In this document: positions 1-9,733 of the stretch, piece after piece
How the letters are laid out: each line of letters begins with the position of its first letter
How positions within the stretch are numbered: the stretch's first letter is position 1
Assembly (NCBI GenBank): GCA_022813965.1
Contig: JALDZS010000237.1
Location: 1-32,919 of the forward strand
Direction: 5' to 3'
DNA: 32,919 nt
DNA from: Toensbergia leucococca
Lineage: Eukaryota
Made by a program: the position numbers and the translations under genes
Notes under the pieces: model-generated
What the model was told of the DNA's origin: nothing
Databases searched by the model: none
Seen by the model: only the letters and a program-made list of their open reading frames with translations

Positions 1-822
1 AACCAAACAAGGTGGGATCTTTCGAGTAGCCTCTTGATCCTACAGCAACAATCATCCAGAAGAGTATTGGCGACTTTGAGAAATACACATTTGGATGAGT
101 ATGAGCATCGAGTATAGGTAGTAAGTCTGCATATTGAAGAAAGTATCTATTTCATAAGGTCAATACTCAAATAAGGTCTTATTACAACGATGCTGACTTA
201 CATTGCAAAAACATCCTCTATAGTATTGGGGCCCACTTGCAATCGTTCCAGGGTCCTTGACACTATGGGTGAGGGGGTTTCCTGTTGCCAGGGCTGATGC
301 GGGAGCATTTCGCCGTCGGAGTGATTATCGCTACTCTTTCCACATCCGCTTTCGTCTCGAGCATGAGACACAACTACAGGGCTCAGGTTATTTGGGGCAA
401 TGTATCCTGGATGTAGAAGCATGGGCATGCTGTTTGGAAGTGGCATTTTGCTCGTGGTGAGAAGGCCGACTGGCTCTTGAGAGCGAGCTAGCGGAGAACT
501 GTCCAGCTTCTGCTTGAGCATGGCAGTCTCTTCCTCTAGCTTGGTGTATTTCCTGGCAAATCATCAAGCTTTATTATTCCGATGTTAGTGGGAAACGAAC
601 TGGCGCTTATGGACTCTCTTAAAGGGTGCAGAGATAGTACACTGCTCTCCCAATCTCCGACACCTGGAGCATATATTCTCAGGATCGAGGTGCACGTCGC
701 ATCGTACCTAGAGTATGGATTGAGAAAGAAGAATGGATGATGGATGGGGGTTGATATGTAAGAAAGGCTACCTTTTGTTGCCTGCAGCCAGTGCAAGCTT
801 TGCGATCATTGCGCTTCTCCAT
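1..822 (-). CDS. Zn(II)2Cys6 transcription factor, Leu3/Sef1-like; 3' end runs off the window. Exons 822-772, 707-601, 552-202, 146-<1
   Basis: The spliced translation is MEKRNDRKACTGCRQQK|VRCDVHLDPENICSRCRRLGEQCTISAPFKRVHKR, a complete C-x2-C-x6-C-x8-C-x2-C-x6-C cluster resembling Leu3. It is followed by a coiled coil (KLEEETAMLKQKL) and the start of the fungal TF domain (YFLQYADLLPILD...SPILFWMIVAVGSR). All three introns are GT-AG and keep the frame. Confidence 0.9.
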
Positions 823-861
823 GGCGGTGGGATGGCGAGAATGGTAGGATTAGCTGACAGA

Positions 862-887
862 GGAAAAGGAAAAGGAAAAGGAAAAGG
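862..887. repeat. (GGAAAA)4 microsatellite in the 5' leader/promoter of the Zn-cluster gene
   Basis: Direct read: ggaaaa x4 followed by gg. It forms a pyrimidine tract on the coding (minus) strand. Confidence 0.85.
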
Positions 888-1027
888 TATCGAACTGTCG
901 GCATGGTAGACTTGAATGGGCTTTAATCCATGTGAGGCCTGGTGACGAGGGGGTGTGGCGCTGGCCCGGAAATTCTTTACTACCCCTCGACCCGAGGACC
1001 TCATCACTCCCGTCATCTCTCAAATGT

Positions 1028-1060
1028 TTAGGGTTAGGGTATTAAGCCTCTTAGGGTTAG
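1028..1060. promoter_or_regulatory. Interstitial TTAGGG telomere-like motifs; possible Tbf1/Tay1-type Myb binding sites
   Basis: TTAGGGTTAGGG at 1028-1039 and TTAGGGTTAG at 1051-1060, about 200 bp upstream of the ATG at 822. The function is inferred. Confidence 0.4.
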
Positions 1061-2099
1061 CGCCTTTCCTCTGAGCTCGGAACGCAAAATGGATTAAGAT
1101 TCCCGAGAATTCACTTGGCACTAGTACCTACTCTCAGGGGCGTATCATGAAGGACCAAACAGCCTATGAGTAAGGTACGAATAGGTACTCCGTAAAGACA
1201 TAGAAAGAACACATAAAGTTGAAATTATCGATCGAGGACCCAATTTTGGATTCATCGGGTTACATCGGGTGTGGCTGAGAAGCCCTTATAATTTGCCTAT
1301 AGCTTGTTTTCTCACCTAGATACTCGATTTTTTCACGAATTCTACCAGTTATGTATCCTACTTGTTAGTTATTTCATCAATAAACACCTCATGGTTGTAT
1401 CAGCGCCAATTGAAATCATTCAAACTATCAACTTTCAATGAACCAAGGTATCATTTACCACCTCACCAACAGTTGTTGATTGACTGAACATGATCAATTG
1501 GTGATTCAACATTGACAAACGTTGTTAAAGTCTCAAAGAGTTTCTACAGTCAATGCGTATTATATTACCGCTCCTGTCAACTTGAATCCAACAAATCGAC
1601 AATCCGTCGCTCAAGCTCTGTTCCAAAACCTTTCAGCTCCTTGTACTAGTGCAAGAGTGATGTGACTCGGAAGACTTCAGTCATCCTTGAACTGAACTGT
1701 GAGAAGACTAGCGTGGGTAGCATCGCTGGATTCAATACCCACCCGTCATCTACCTACTCATGCTTCTCAAATACAAGTTTCGTACCCTGCGAGGTAAATA
1801 CCTAGGTAGGTACCTACTGTTCAGATAGCGCCAAGCTTTCTAGCATCTCTATGAAACCATCCGCCTCTATTTCCCTCCCCAATCCCATCGACACCATCTT
1901 CTCACCCCTAGAAAAAAAAGGCAAGTTTTCCTTCCCCACATGGCCAAAATATCCAAGATCCGACATTCCAACGTATTACACAGTGTCCTCTTTCACTTTA
2001 GCTGCCATCTTGACTAGGGTACGCTGTTGCCAATCTAGCTGTCAGCAACTCTTCGTCTCGGCCCAAGCATGACAGGCTACAGAGAGAATGGAGCGTGCG

Positions 2100-2300
2100 C
2101 TAAGATTGATGGGCAAGAGAATACATGAGTAATTTGGGCAAGAAAATTACGGCTGGTAGCGCGGGCCCGGCTGCGTCTCGCGGCATGATACCCTCAGGGA
2201 AATTTTCTCGTGGGACGAGCGTTGCGGCGTGGATGATACCGGTATGGGCACTGGCTAGGGGTAGGAGGAGTGCTAGAAGAAGGGGAAGAGAGGGTTTCAT
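2100..2300 (-). CDS. Small secreted protein of unknown function (66 aa if unspliced; 3' end may be spliced at GCC|gtaatt near 2150)
   Basis: The ATG at 2300 (context GCAAAGATG) begins a clear signal peptide, MKPSLPLLLALLLPLASA, followed by HTGIIHAATLVPRENFPEGIMPRDAAGPALPA. The C-terminus is uncertain. Confidence 0.5.
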   Translation of the reverse strand: MKPSLPLLLALLLPLASAHTGIIHAATLVPRENFPEGIMPRDAAGPALPAVIFLPKLLMYSLAHQS

Positions 2301-3751
2301 CTTTGCGGGAGGTATGGGGTATAGCTTTTCTTTCCTGGGTTGGGGAGACTGCTGGTGTTTGAAAAAGTTGTTTGCAGGGCGGAGGTGGGTGAGTGGGTGG
2401 GATGGTGATAAGAGGCAGGAGGGAATGGCTTTTTTCTCGGAATAGGAAAATTTGGGTTGGCTGATCACACTCCTCATTGCGGATTGTGATTTGATTGACA
2501 CTTTGCGCTGATGCAGTCAGCACCGCGAGGAACTCGGCACCGTGTAACTCGAAAACAGCAGGACATAGTCCTTCGTGACCATCGACTGGACAAACACTCA
2601 TGTGCCAGCTCCCGATCATCACAGCACACCCTTCCGCCATCCGTTCCTGTCATCCCCATTCACAGTGATCGTCCCTTTGGAGATAGCGCGGATGGGACTG
2701 TCGGTAGCGAGACGAATGGAAAGACAGGTCTTCTACCCGTAAGGAAGGCTTTTCATGCGTTCTGGATGGATCCTCCACAGGCGCGTAGCAGGTTCGTCAT
2801 CGGATTCATCGGGGTAAGAGTGTGTGCTTTTCCCTAGCCGGTTGCGATTAGCTCAGGTTGTTCTATTCGTGAATCCTTGCAATGTATCACTCCAGGGCAC
2901 TTTCTGGGGTGGAGCTCGTGCGATGGGAGATGCCCTCTCTGTCTCCTCGGCTCAGGGCTTCCTGAAACAGGCGCGAAAAGGAGGGAACGAGAAAGCGGGT
3001 CCGTGTGTTTGCTCGACTTCTTTTGCTGCTGGATAAGGGGTCACGTGTGGCAGTCCATACTTCAGTGCGGAATCCTGATTCGTTGATTGATTGAATTGAT
3101 TGTTTATTTAGCTGTATCACGAATGTTGTGAAATAGCTTCGCTGCCTCGGTGGACAGTGCCTTTCCAGCTCAGCTGCAGTAATTTCCCTCAGGGCGTCAA
3201 CAACGGCCTTGGTCTCTCTTCGTCTATGAAAGAGGCAGCTCTCGAACCCCGCTCCCCATTTCGAAACGCGTTTGCACTCAGCACTTCATTGGAGCGCTGC
3301 CCGGCGGTACTTTGAAGATGTGGGGGCGCGATGGTGTGGGCGGTGGTGCGGATGGGGGTTGCGATGAAGTGATTGAAAGGGGATTGGTTCGTGTGAAGGG
3401 GTGAAAGGGGGGGGCGAGGCTTGGGAGGAGGGCTTTGTGGGGGTTTGGGTTGGGGTTTGGATGGACTGTGGGTGGGATTTGGGGTTTTGAGTAATTGGGG
3501 CTTGGAGTTGGAAATGTGTGGCTATTGGGAGTGTGGCTTGTGTATCTTGTTGATGTAAGTTGATTTGACATGAACATTCTTTGCATTGTGTTTGCGGGGT
3601 TGGGGCGCTTTGAGATGTGGGATCTTTTGAAGCCAAGCACACATCGAAATAGAATAGGTACGAAGGCGAGGGAAAGCATGGGGTGCAAGGGGGGTATCAT
3701 CTTCATATCTTGATGAGGATAGAGTTTGACTAACTATCTCAATTCCTCAAA

Positions 3752-4946
3752 TCAGCCCATCAGCTGCAACTGATCATCCGGCGGCCACCTCGTCTGCGCG
3801 AAACTCAAACACCGCTTGATACTCTGCAGAAACTTGCGCGTGACCTCGTCGCTCATGATGTGCGCTTGGCCTTTGTCGCTCTCGTGAAGTTTTTCGCGCG
3901 CCGAGCGCTCGTGGATACCGACCATGGTCACGCCGATGGGCCATGCTCTGTCAGATTCACCATCATCAGTCATTTGTACGTTGTGTTTGGGGTTCAGTAC
4001 AATTCCGGAAGTGGAGCGGAGAGGGGGGGGAAGGAGGAGGTAAAACTCACGCTTTTCCAATACTCAATCTCAAATACCCATCATTGGCATCCACATACCT
4101 CCTCTCCTGCGCCGCCCGCACAATCTCCACCACCGGCTCCAAAATCCCATCCTCGACCTCCCCCCTCTCAAACTTTTTGAACAAAGGCCTCATATTCTCC
4201 CGGCTCTGCACCATCGCATTCAGCGCTGCTTTGCCCTGGAAACTCTGCTTCACGCTCTCCAGGCGCTGCGAGAGCGCCACCGCCCATTCTGTCAGCACCA
4301 TTGTGAAGTAGGAGGCTAGTTGGCGGAAGAGAAAGGCGCGGCCTTCTGGGTCGGGGGGAGGAGTACGCGGGACCAACATGGAGGCTTCGGGGACGAGGGC
4401 CAGGGTTGTGGGGATTGGGCCTGTGGTTTGGGTGGGTGGGGAGGGGAGCGCCGGGGAGGTGAGGATTTTGTAGCGGCGGAGACGCTGCTTGTGGGTCTCG
4501 GCAAATAGCAGGATCGGTTCGGAGAGTTCCCGTAGTTTGATGGTTAGATCTGGGTCAGGGATATCTTCTTCGCTGTCGGCGAGGGGCGTAGCTTCTTTGT
4601 CATCCAAGCCTTTCGGCGGCAGGTCCGGGAGACCCAACCGTCTTCGTCTCGCGCGCTCCTTCTTCGCCTCCTCTTCTTCTCTCCGAAGGCGGGATTCTTG
4701 GGCCAATCGCTGCCGTTTCTCGTCCCGCTCCTGGTTGCGGGCGGTCTCTTCTTCGTCAAGTTTGCGCTTCTTGGCTATTTTTTCTTCGCGCTCGCGCTGG
4801 AGAGTTGCTTGCTCTAAAAGGTAGGCTTCTTGGCGCCGAGATTCGAGATCGGCGCGCTTGAGGTATTTTTGTGGGGCAGGTGAGGTGGATTTGGGGGGGG
4901 CGGAGGTTTTGGAGATTTCGGCGGACATGAGGGAGGCAAAGTCCAT
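3752..4946 (-). CDS. PRP18: Pre-mRNA splicing factor Prp18; exons 4946-4051 and 3947-3752
   Basis: It starts MDFASLMSAEISK, has an SFM-like motif (LRELSEPILLFAETHKQRLRRY) and the Prp18 signature YVDANDGYLRLSIGKA|AWPIGVTMVGIHERSAREK...DEVTRKFLQSIKRCLSFAQ. The GT-AG intron at 4050-3948 joins the frames. Confidence 0.96.
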
Positions 4947-5255
4947 GGCTTTTGGATGAGGATGTCTCACTATCACTAATAATTTCGAGGGATTCTTTGA
5001 TGGAATGCTGGTGCTGGCGGTAGTGAGCGCAGAGAGTTGATGTAGAGTTGAAAATTGTGCACGATGATGGATAAATCATGCATAAGGCCAGCCCTACAAC
5101 AAGGCGTTCTTTCTTTCTGACCTGGGTTTGAAGCTTCAATCGCAAATACCCATTCCCTCGCGACATCCGCCAAACTTGAAAGTCATGTCAGAGACGCGTG
5201 TAAAAGCTAACAGTCATCAAGCCTAACCATCTCCATTTCGTCCTCCCACCCAAAC

Positions 5256-6076
5256 ATGGCCATGCAAACCGCCCCCGGAGGCAAAGTCGACCGACAGACA
5301 ACCACCCCCTTCCACCTCAAGCTCTTCTACCGCACAGGCGCATTCCACCGGTTCGTGATCCCTACCATCACCTCCCTCACTCCGACTTTCTGATCCGAAC
5401 CCCCTTCTGCAGCCTCGACGAATTTCCCTCCTCAACCAGCGGCCCTCTACCCCCTCACCTCCAAATATATACCTGGCCCACCTGCACCCTCCGCGAGCTC
5501 TCCCACCTCCTCGTTTCCGCCCTTCCTTCCCTAATCCCCTCCCCTGCAATCGGGACTCGTCTTTCCTACCGCCTTATATTCCCGGATACGCGCGACGCGA
5601 GCAGGCAGGGTCCGGGAAGATTTCTGCACAAGGAGCTAGGGAGCGTGATAGTTGGCGGGGAGGGGCCAGGGATTATGGTTGCGCCGGCAGAGGAGGAGGG
5701 AGTGGTTGCGGGTGTGATGGCTGCGGGGTTGGGAGGGGAGCCGGATAAGACGTTGCAGGAGGCGAGGTTTGTGATTGGGGATTTCATTTCTTGTGCGGTG
5801 TTTGCGCCTTTGCCCGATGGAGCAGTTGCGCCGGGGGTGGTGGCAGGAAGCTCCGGGAGGGGAAGAGGCATGGGTGAGTTTCGGGGCGGGGGACCGAGGG
5901 AGAATGGATTCGGGGGGTTTAGGGGAAAGGGAGTTGTTCGAGGTGGGGGGCAATTCAATGGGCCAAGGGTGGGTGATGGTGGCTTGCCTAGTGGGGAGTG
6001 GAGAAGGGGGGAGAGAATACCAGATGGGCCTAGCGGTGGGAGAGGCTATGCGAGAGGAAGAGGGAGAGGATATTGA
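5256..6076 (+). CDS. SAP18: Sin3-associated polypeptide SAP18 (ASAP/PSAP and Sin3-HDAC component) with an RGG-rich C-terminal tail; exons 5256-5350 and 5413-6076
   Basis: KVDRQTTTPFHLKLFYRTGAFHR|LDEF...HLQIYTWPTCTLRELSHLL...DKTLQEARFVIGDFISCAV are the SAP18 family motifs. The gttcgt...ctgcag intron keeps the frame. Confidence 0.95.
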
Positions 6077-6328
6077 AGATTCTGATGTGTCGATAGCGAT
6101 ATTCGACCAAACAGAACTCAATTGATGCCATTCCCACCATTCGACCATCTTATTATTGCTACAACAAGAAAGCTCATGTAGCTGAGGATATATGTCAATT
6201 CCTTGCGTTTAGACACATGAAGCTTTCGAAGCTCGCAGATCCCCAATTCACCCTCATGCACAACGCCGGAGCAATTCTCCCATCTGATCGCCACGGTTTC
6301 CGCCACTCCCCCTTCCGGAAGCATTTCC

Positions 6329-6862
6329 CTAAAACTCAGCAATCGTATCCCCCCTCCTCTTTCCCCTCATATCATACTTTCCCTACTCCTCGCATTAGCC
6401 CACGATACGTTAATCCCACACACCACCCTCCACATATTCCAGTCTCCCCCTCAGCCACGACCCCTAGACCACCTCAATTCCCAACGCAAATCAATGCAAT
6501 CCACCAATCTCCCGAGAAAGAAATTCAAGACTCACATCCGTCACATATCCTACATACCCAAACAGGGCTGGCACGGCGACAACGTAGACGAAGGATATCC
6601 AGGCGGTTCGCTGCGTCCAGCGGAAGTACTTGTGCCGGTTGACGTACATGTCTGGTCGTGGTGAGGAAGGGATTAGTTGGGTTGGTTTGGGGGTCAGGGA
6701 ACGAGTGTAGCGGGGAGAGGCGGGAGTGGTGCTGACGAGACAGACATACTGGCGTATTTGATCAGGGCCGGATCCATGGCCAGTGCTGATAGGGAGGTAT
6801 TAGCTTGTGTTTACCAATTAGGAGGGTCAGATTGGAGATGTACAGTTATTGTGGCCTGCCAT
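6329..6862 (-). CDS. NDUFB4: NADH:ubiquinone oxidoreductase accessory subunit B15/NDUFB4 (fungal NB5M, 6.6-kDa type), 74 aa; exons 6862-6844, 6785-6750, 6651-6536, 6382-6329
   Basis: The spliced product is MAGHNNSLAMDPALIKYANMYVNRHKYFRWTQRTAWISFVYVVAVPALFGYVGYVTDGKYDMRGKRRGDTIAEF, with DPAL...Y...R.KYFRWT and one TM helix. All three introns are GT-AG with CTAAT/CTAAC-type branch sites. It is not in the ORF track. Confidence 0.9.
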
Positions 6863-6991
6863 GTTGGCGGTGTGGTGGTAATGAGGGAATTTGACTTGGG
6901 AATGGAGTCGTGATAGCAAGGCAATGTCAGAAAAGCGGCATGCTTGCGCTAGTATACTTTGTGTCTAGCGTGTCTCACTTATGTCGCCTTC

Positions 6992-7235
6992 TGTTAGGGG
7001 ACCAAGGATTTTCGGATTTTCGGACTTTCGGACTTTGCACGTGTACTCTAGATTACGTAATGATAGCTAGTTAAATAGCTAGCTTTTAGCCGAGGAATCC
7101 ATCATCTTTCCACTCGCCCCACTCTACGAGATTCCTAGTCTAGGATTTAGTTCGTAGTCCTAAGTGACTAATAATCCTACTCATCGATTAGGATTATCGT
7201 ATACATCGATAATTTCAATTACGGATCGAGGTCCA
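6992..7235. mobile_element. Possible mutated solo-LTR-like relic in the NDUFB4/GST divergent promoter, containing a 4x 8-bp tandem repeat
   Basis: It begins TGTTAG, like the LTR at 9422. It contains (GGATTTTC)2(GGACTTTC)(GGACTTT) at 7006-7036, CACGTG next to a TACGTA variant, and short inverted repeats (TAATCCTA/TAGGATTA, ATTATCG/CGATAAT). The right end and TSD are not clean (CCTTC vs TCTTC). Confidence 0.3.
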
Positions 7236-7402
7236 TCTTCTCCTTCCATTTTCGCCGAGGCTCAGGCCTTCCAGGACGTCATCGTGTCTATCTGTAGGAA
7301 GTCTTTAATTGGGGTTTTATTTCCACGACGGTGACTTTGAAATATCTAATCTGTTTGATTTATAGCGATTCGCGTGTACAAGAAAAATACACATAGCATA
7401 GA

Positions 7403-8520
7403 ATGGCTTCGATGGCTAAGACGGATGAGCAAACGCCAGTGACTAGCGACCAGAAAGCCAAGATTGTTCTCTATTGGTGAGTGCTTGCATGCTTTGTACC
7501 AGTCACCATGCAGAAAGCCGTCAATGTTCTGTGACACATGTCGTTGTTTCTCTGCTGCTCTGTGATAAGCAGCTATACAATAGAGGGGTCAGGTGAAGTT
7601 GAAAACAGCTAGTGCTTTGATCCTTCAATATCGTCAACTCTCTGCGGGTCCCACTTTCAACCTCCAGTATCAAGATCGTCTTGCATTATCCCCATCAACA
7701 AACATACGAACCGCTTTCATCTTCGCTTGATCCTAACCGTCGTTAGGCTTGAGGAGTCCCGATCACAGCGTATCCTCTGGCTTCTTGAGGAAGTCAAGGC
7801 CGAATATGAGCTCAAGACTTACAAGCGTGAAAACATGCTTGCGCCAGCCGAGTTCAAAGAAATCCATCCTTTGGGCAAAGCTCCAATCATCACGATTGAG
7901 ACCGAGGGCATGTCAAAACCGCTAGCACTTGCAGAGTCCGGCTTGATGGTCGAGTATCTGGTCGATCACTTTGGGCCTTGGCTCGCCCCGAAGAGATACA
8001 AAGAGGGAAAAGAAGGACAGATTGGAGGAGAGACTGAAGAATGGATGCGATACAAGTATTTCTTGCACTACGCCGAAGGAAGCTTGATGACCCCCTTGAT
8101 CGTTGCAGTCCTTGTCGGAGGTGAGTAAAACGCGGTTCAGAGATACCTCAAACAACCTAAGTCTCTCTAGCCATCAAAAGTGGTTCTCCGTTCTTCCTCA
8201 AGCCAATCATCAATATCATCTGCGGACAACTCGAGACCAGATTTCTCAGTCCGACCTTCAAGACCCATCTTGAGTTTCTGGAGAGCCAGATTTCCACATC
8301 TCCCGGCGGTGGCGAATATCTTTGTGGAAAAGAGCTTACGGGGGCGGATATCTTGATGAGCTTTCCGCTTACAGCTTGCAAAGGTCGGCCTGGGCTCACT
8401 AAGGAGAAGTATCCCAAGTTGTGGGCTTACGTCGATAAAATTGAGGCTAGAGAGGCGCACAAGAGAGCGGTGGAGAAGATTGTTGAGATTGAAGGCGTCT
8501 GTAAGGTGTTCTTGGTGTAG
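7403..8520 (+). CDS. Glutathione S-transferase, Gtt1-like class; exons 7403-7476, 7747-8120, 8171-8520
   Basis: KIVLYW|LEESRSQRILWLLEE...KEIHPLGKAPII...LAESGLMVEYL (GST N domain) and YFLHYAEGSLM...HLEFLESQI...YLCGKELTGADILMSFPL (C domain). Both introns are GT-AG and in frame. Confidence 0.93.
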
Positions 8521-9421
8521 AGACTTTTGGGATCAAGGCAGTCCTTTTTGTCATTGAATGGATGACCATGAGTAGATGACAGCATTTATGAAAGGGGGGT
8601 TATTGTCACCGTTTGAACTGATCTACCTTATAGGTGAGAGGGTGATATGGCACACCGTGTAGAAATAGTAGCTATTTGGTTATTATTCACTTAATCTATG
8701 TCTTGATAATAATGACACTGAAACCTGATGCTATTATCTTCATAATTATCTTTCAGTCCCTTCTTTAATCTTAAACCCTTTTAAAATTCATTGTGTCAAT
8801 AATAGCTTGACTTCTGTGAAACAACCTGAGAATGATGAGTAATATAGTAATGATCATACAGAGAATGAGGAAGATAAAGGTTCTAAAATCTTTCTTTCAT
8901 CAGAATTTTAGAAGCGCTTTAAAGAAGCTAATGAAAACAAGTGTTTCTTTAATCACTTCAAGCTTGAGTCAATACTTATCATTCTATACTAAAATAAATA
9001 TTAATAGATTCTTCTGAATATAAAAGTCAAAAGATAGATTTACATAATCATGTTTACTTCTCTGTAATGCATTATAGATAATCTTTCTGTCATATCTGAA
9101 CTCATCTATTATTTTACTCTCTGAAAGGTTATATAGAGCACTAATTTATTCATGCTCAGTTTTATGATCATCACATTTGCTTTAGTTTAAGTAAGATTAC
9201 AATTCAAAGTGAGAAAGAACTGAATAAAGAAAGCACAGACAATCATGCTTAAAGTCATTAAAGCAGAAATGAGTGAGTGTAATATCTCAGTAGCTGACTC
9301 TTCAGACTATTATCTATAGATTAGTCTTAGAAAAAGTCCTTTAAACAGAATTCACTCATAGTATTAAAAGACATGATTGTTTGATGACAGATAAGAGAAG
9401 CAGCATTCAACAGAACATTTT

Positions 9422-9585
9422 TGTTAGGGTCTCTTATGAGATTCTGAATTCTGGGTGTAAATTGAAGATGTCTAGCTATCTAGGCGCGAAGCCACTAAAT
9501 ATACCGTGGTGATGCCAAGCCACTTAGGGTTGCTGGCTCGCCTATCCTCGCCTAACTACCCTAGCCCTAAGAAAGCACCGTAACA
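9422..9585. mobile_element. Solo LTR, 164 bp, with a 5-bp target-site duplication ATTTT
   Basis: It starts TGTTA and ends TAACA (perfect terminal inverted repeat). It is flanked by ATTTT at 9417-9421 and at 9586-9590. It is GC/CpG-richer than its flanks and has an internal TATA-like AAATATA. Confidence 0.85.
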
Positions 9586-9733
9586 ATTTTATTCTACTGA
9601 GATGAAGTTAATATCTTTATCAGTAATAATCACTGACTAAGTTCTGACCAAATTTTTTGTTTTATGATTAGTTAAATTGTACTGTAAAAATGAGTTTAGA
9701 CTGTATTGCTAATACAATAGTCATGTCATGCAT

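Noticed and set aside
1021..1065. CTAACCCTAA on the minus strand as a telomerase RNA template
   Set aside because: A Pezizomycotina telomerase RNA needs more than 1 kb downstream of the template, which would run through the Zn-cluster CDS starting about 200 bp away.
2474..3706. Several 60-150 aa ORFs and a G/T-rich tract downstream of PRP18
   Set aside because: No recognisable domain or consistent splice model; the Pro/Thr-rich translations are explained by low-complexity strand skew.
6217..6913. Plus-strand ORFs 6217-6642 and 6677-6913
   Set aside because: They are antisense shadows of the NDUFB4 gene.
8832..9017. 61-aa plus-strand ORF
   Set aside because: It is the antisense reading of the mutated AT-rich relic.
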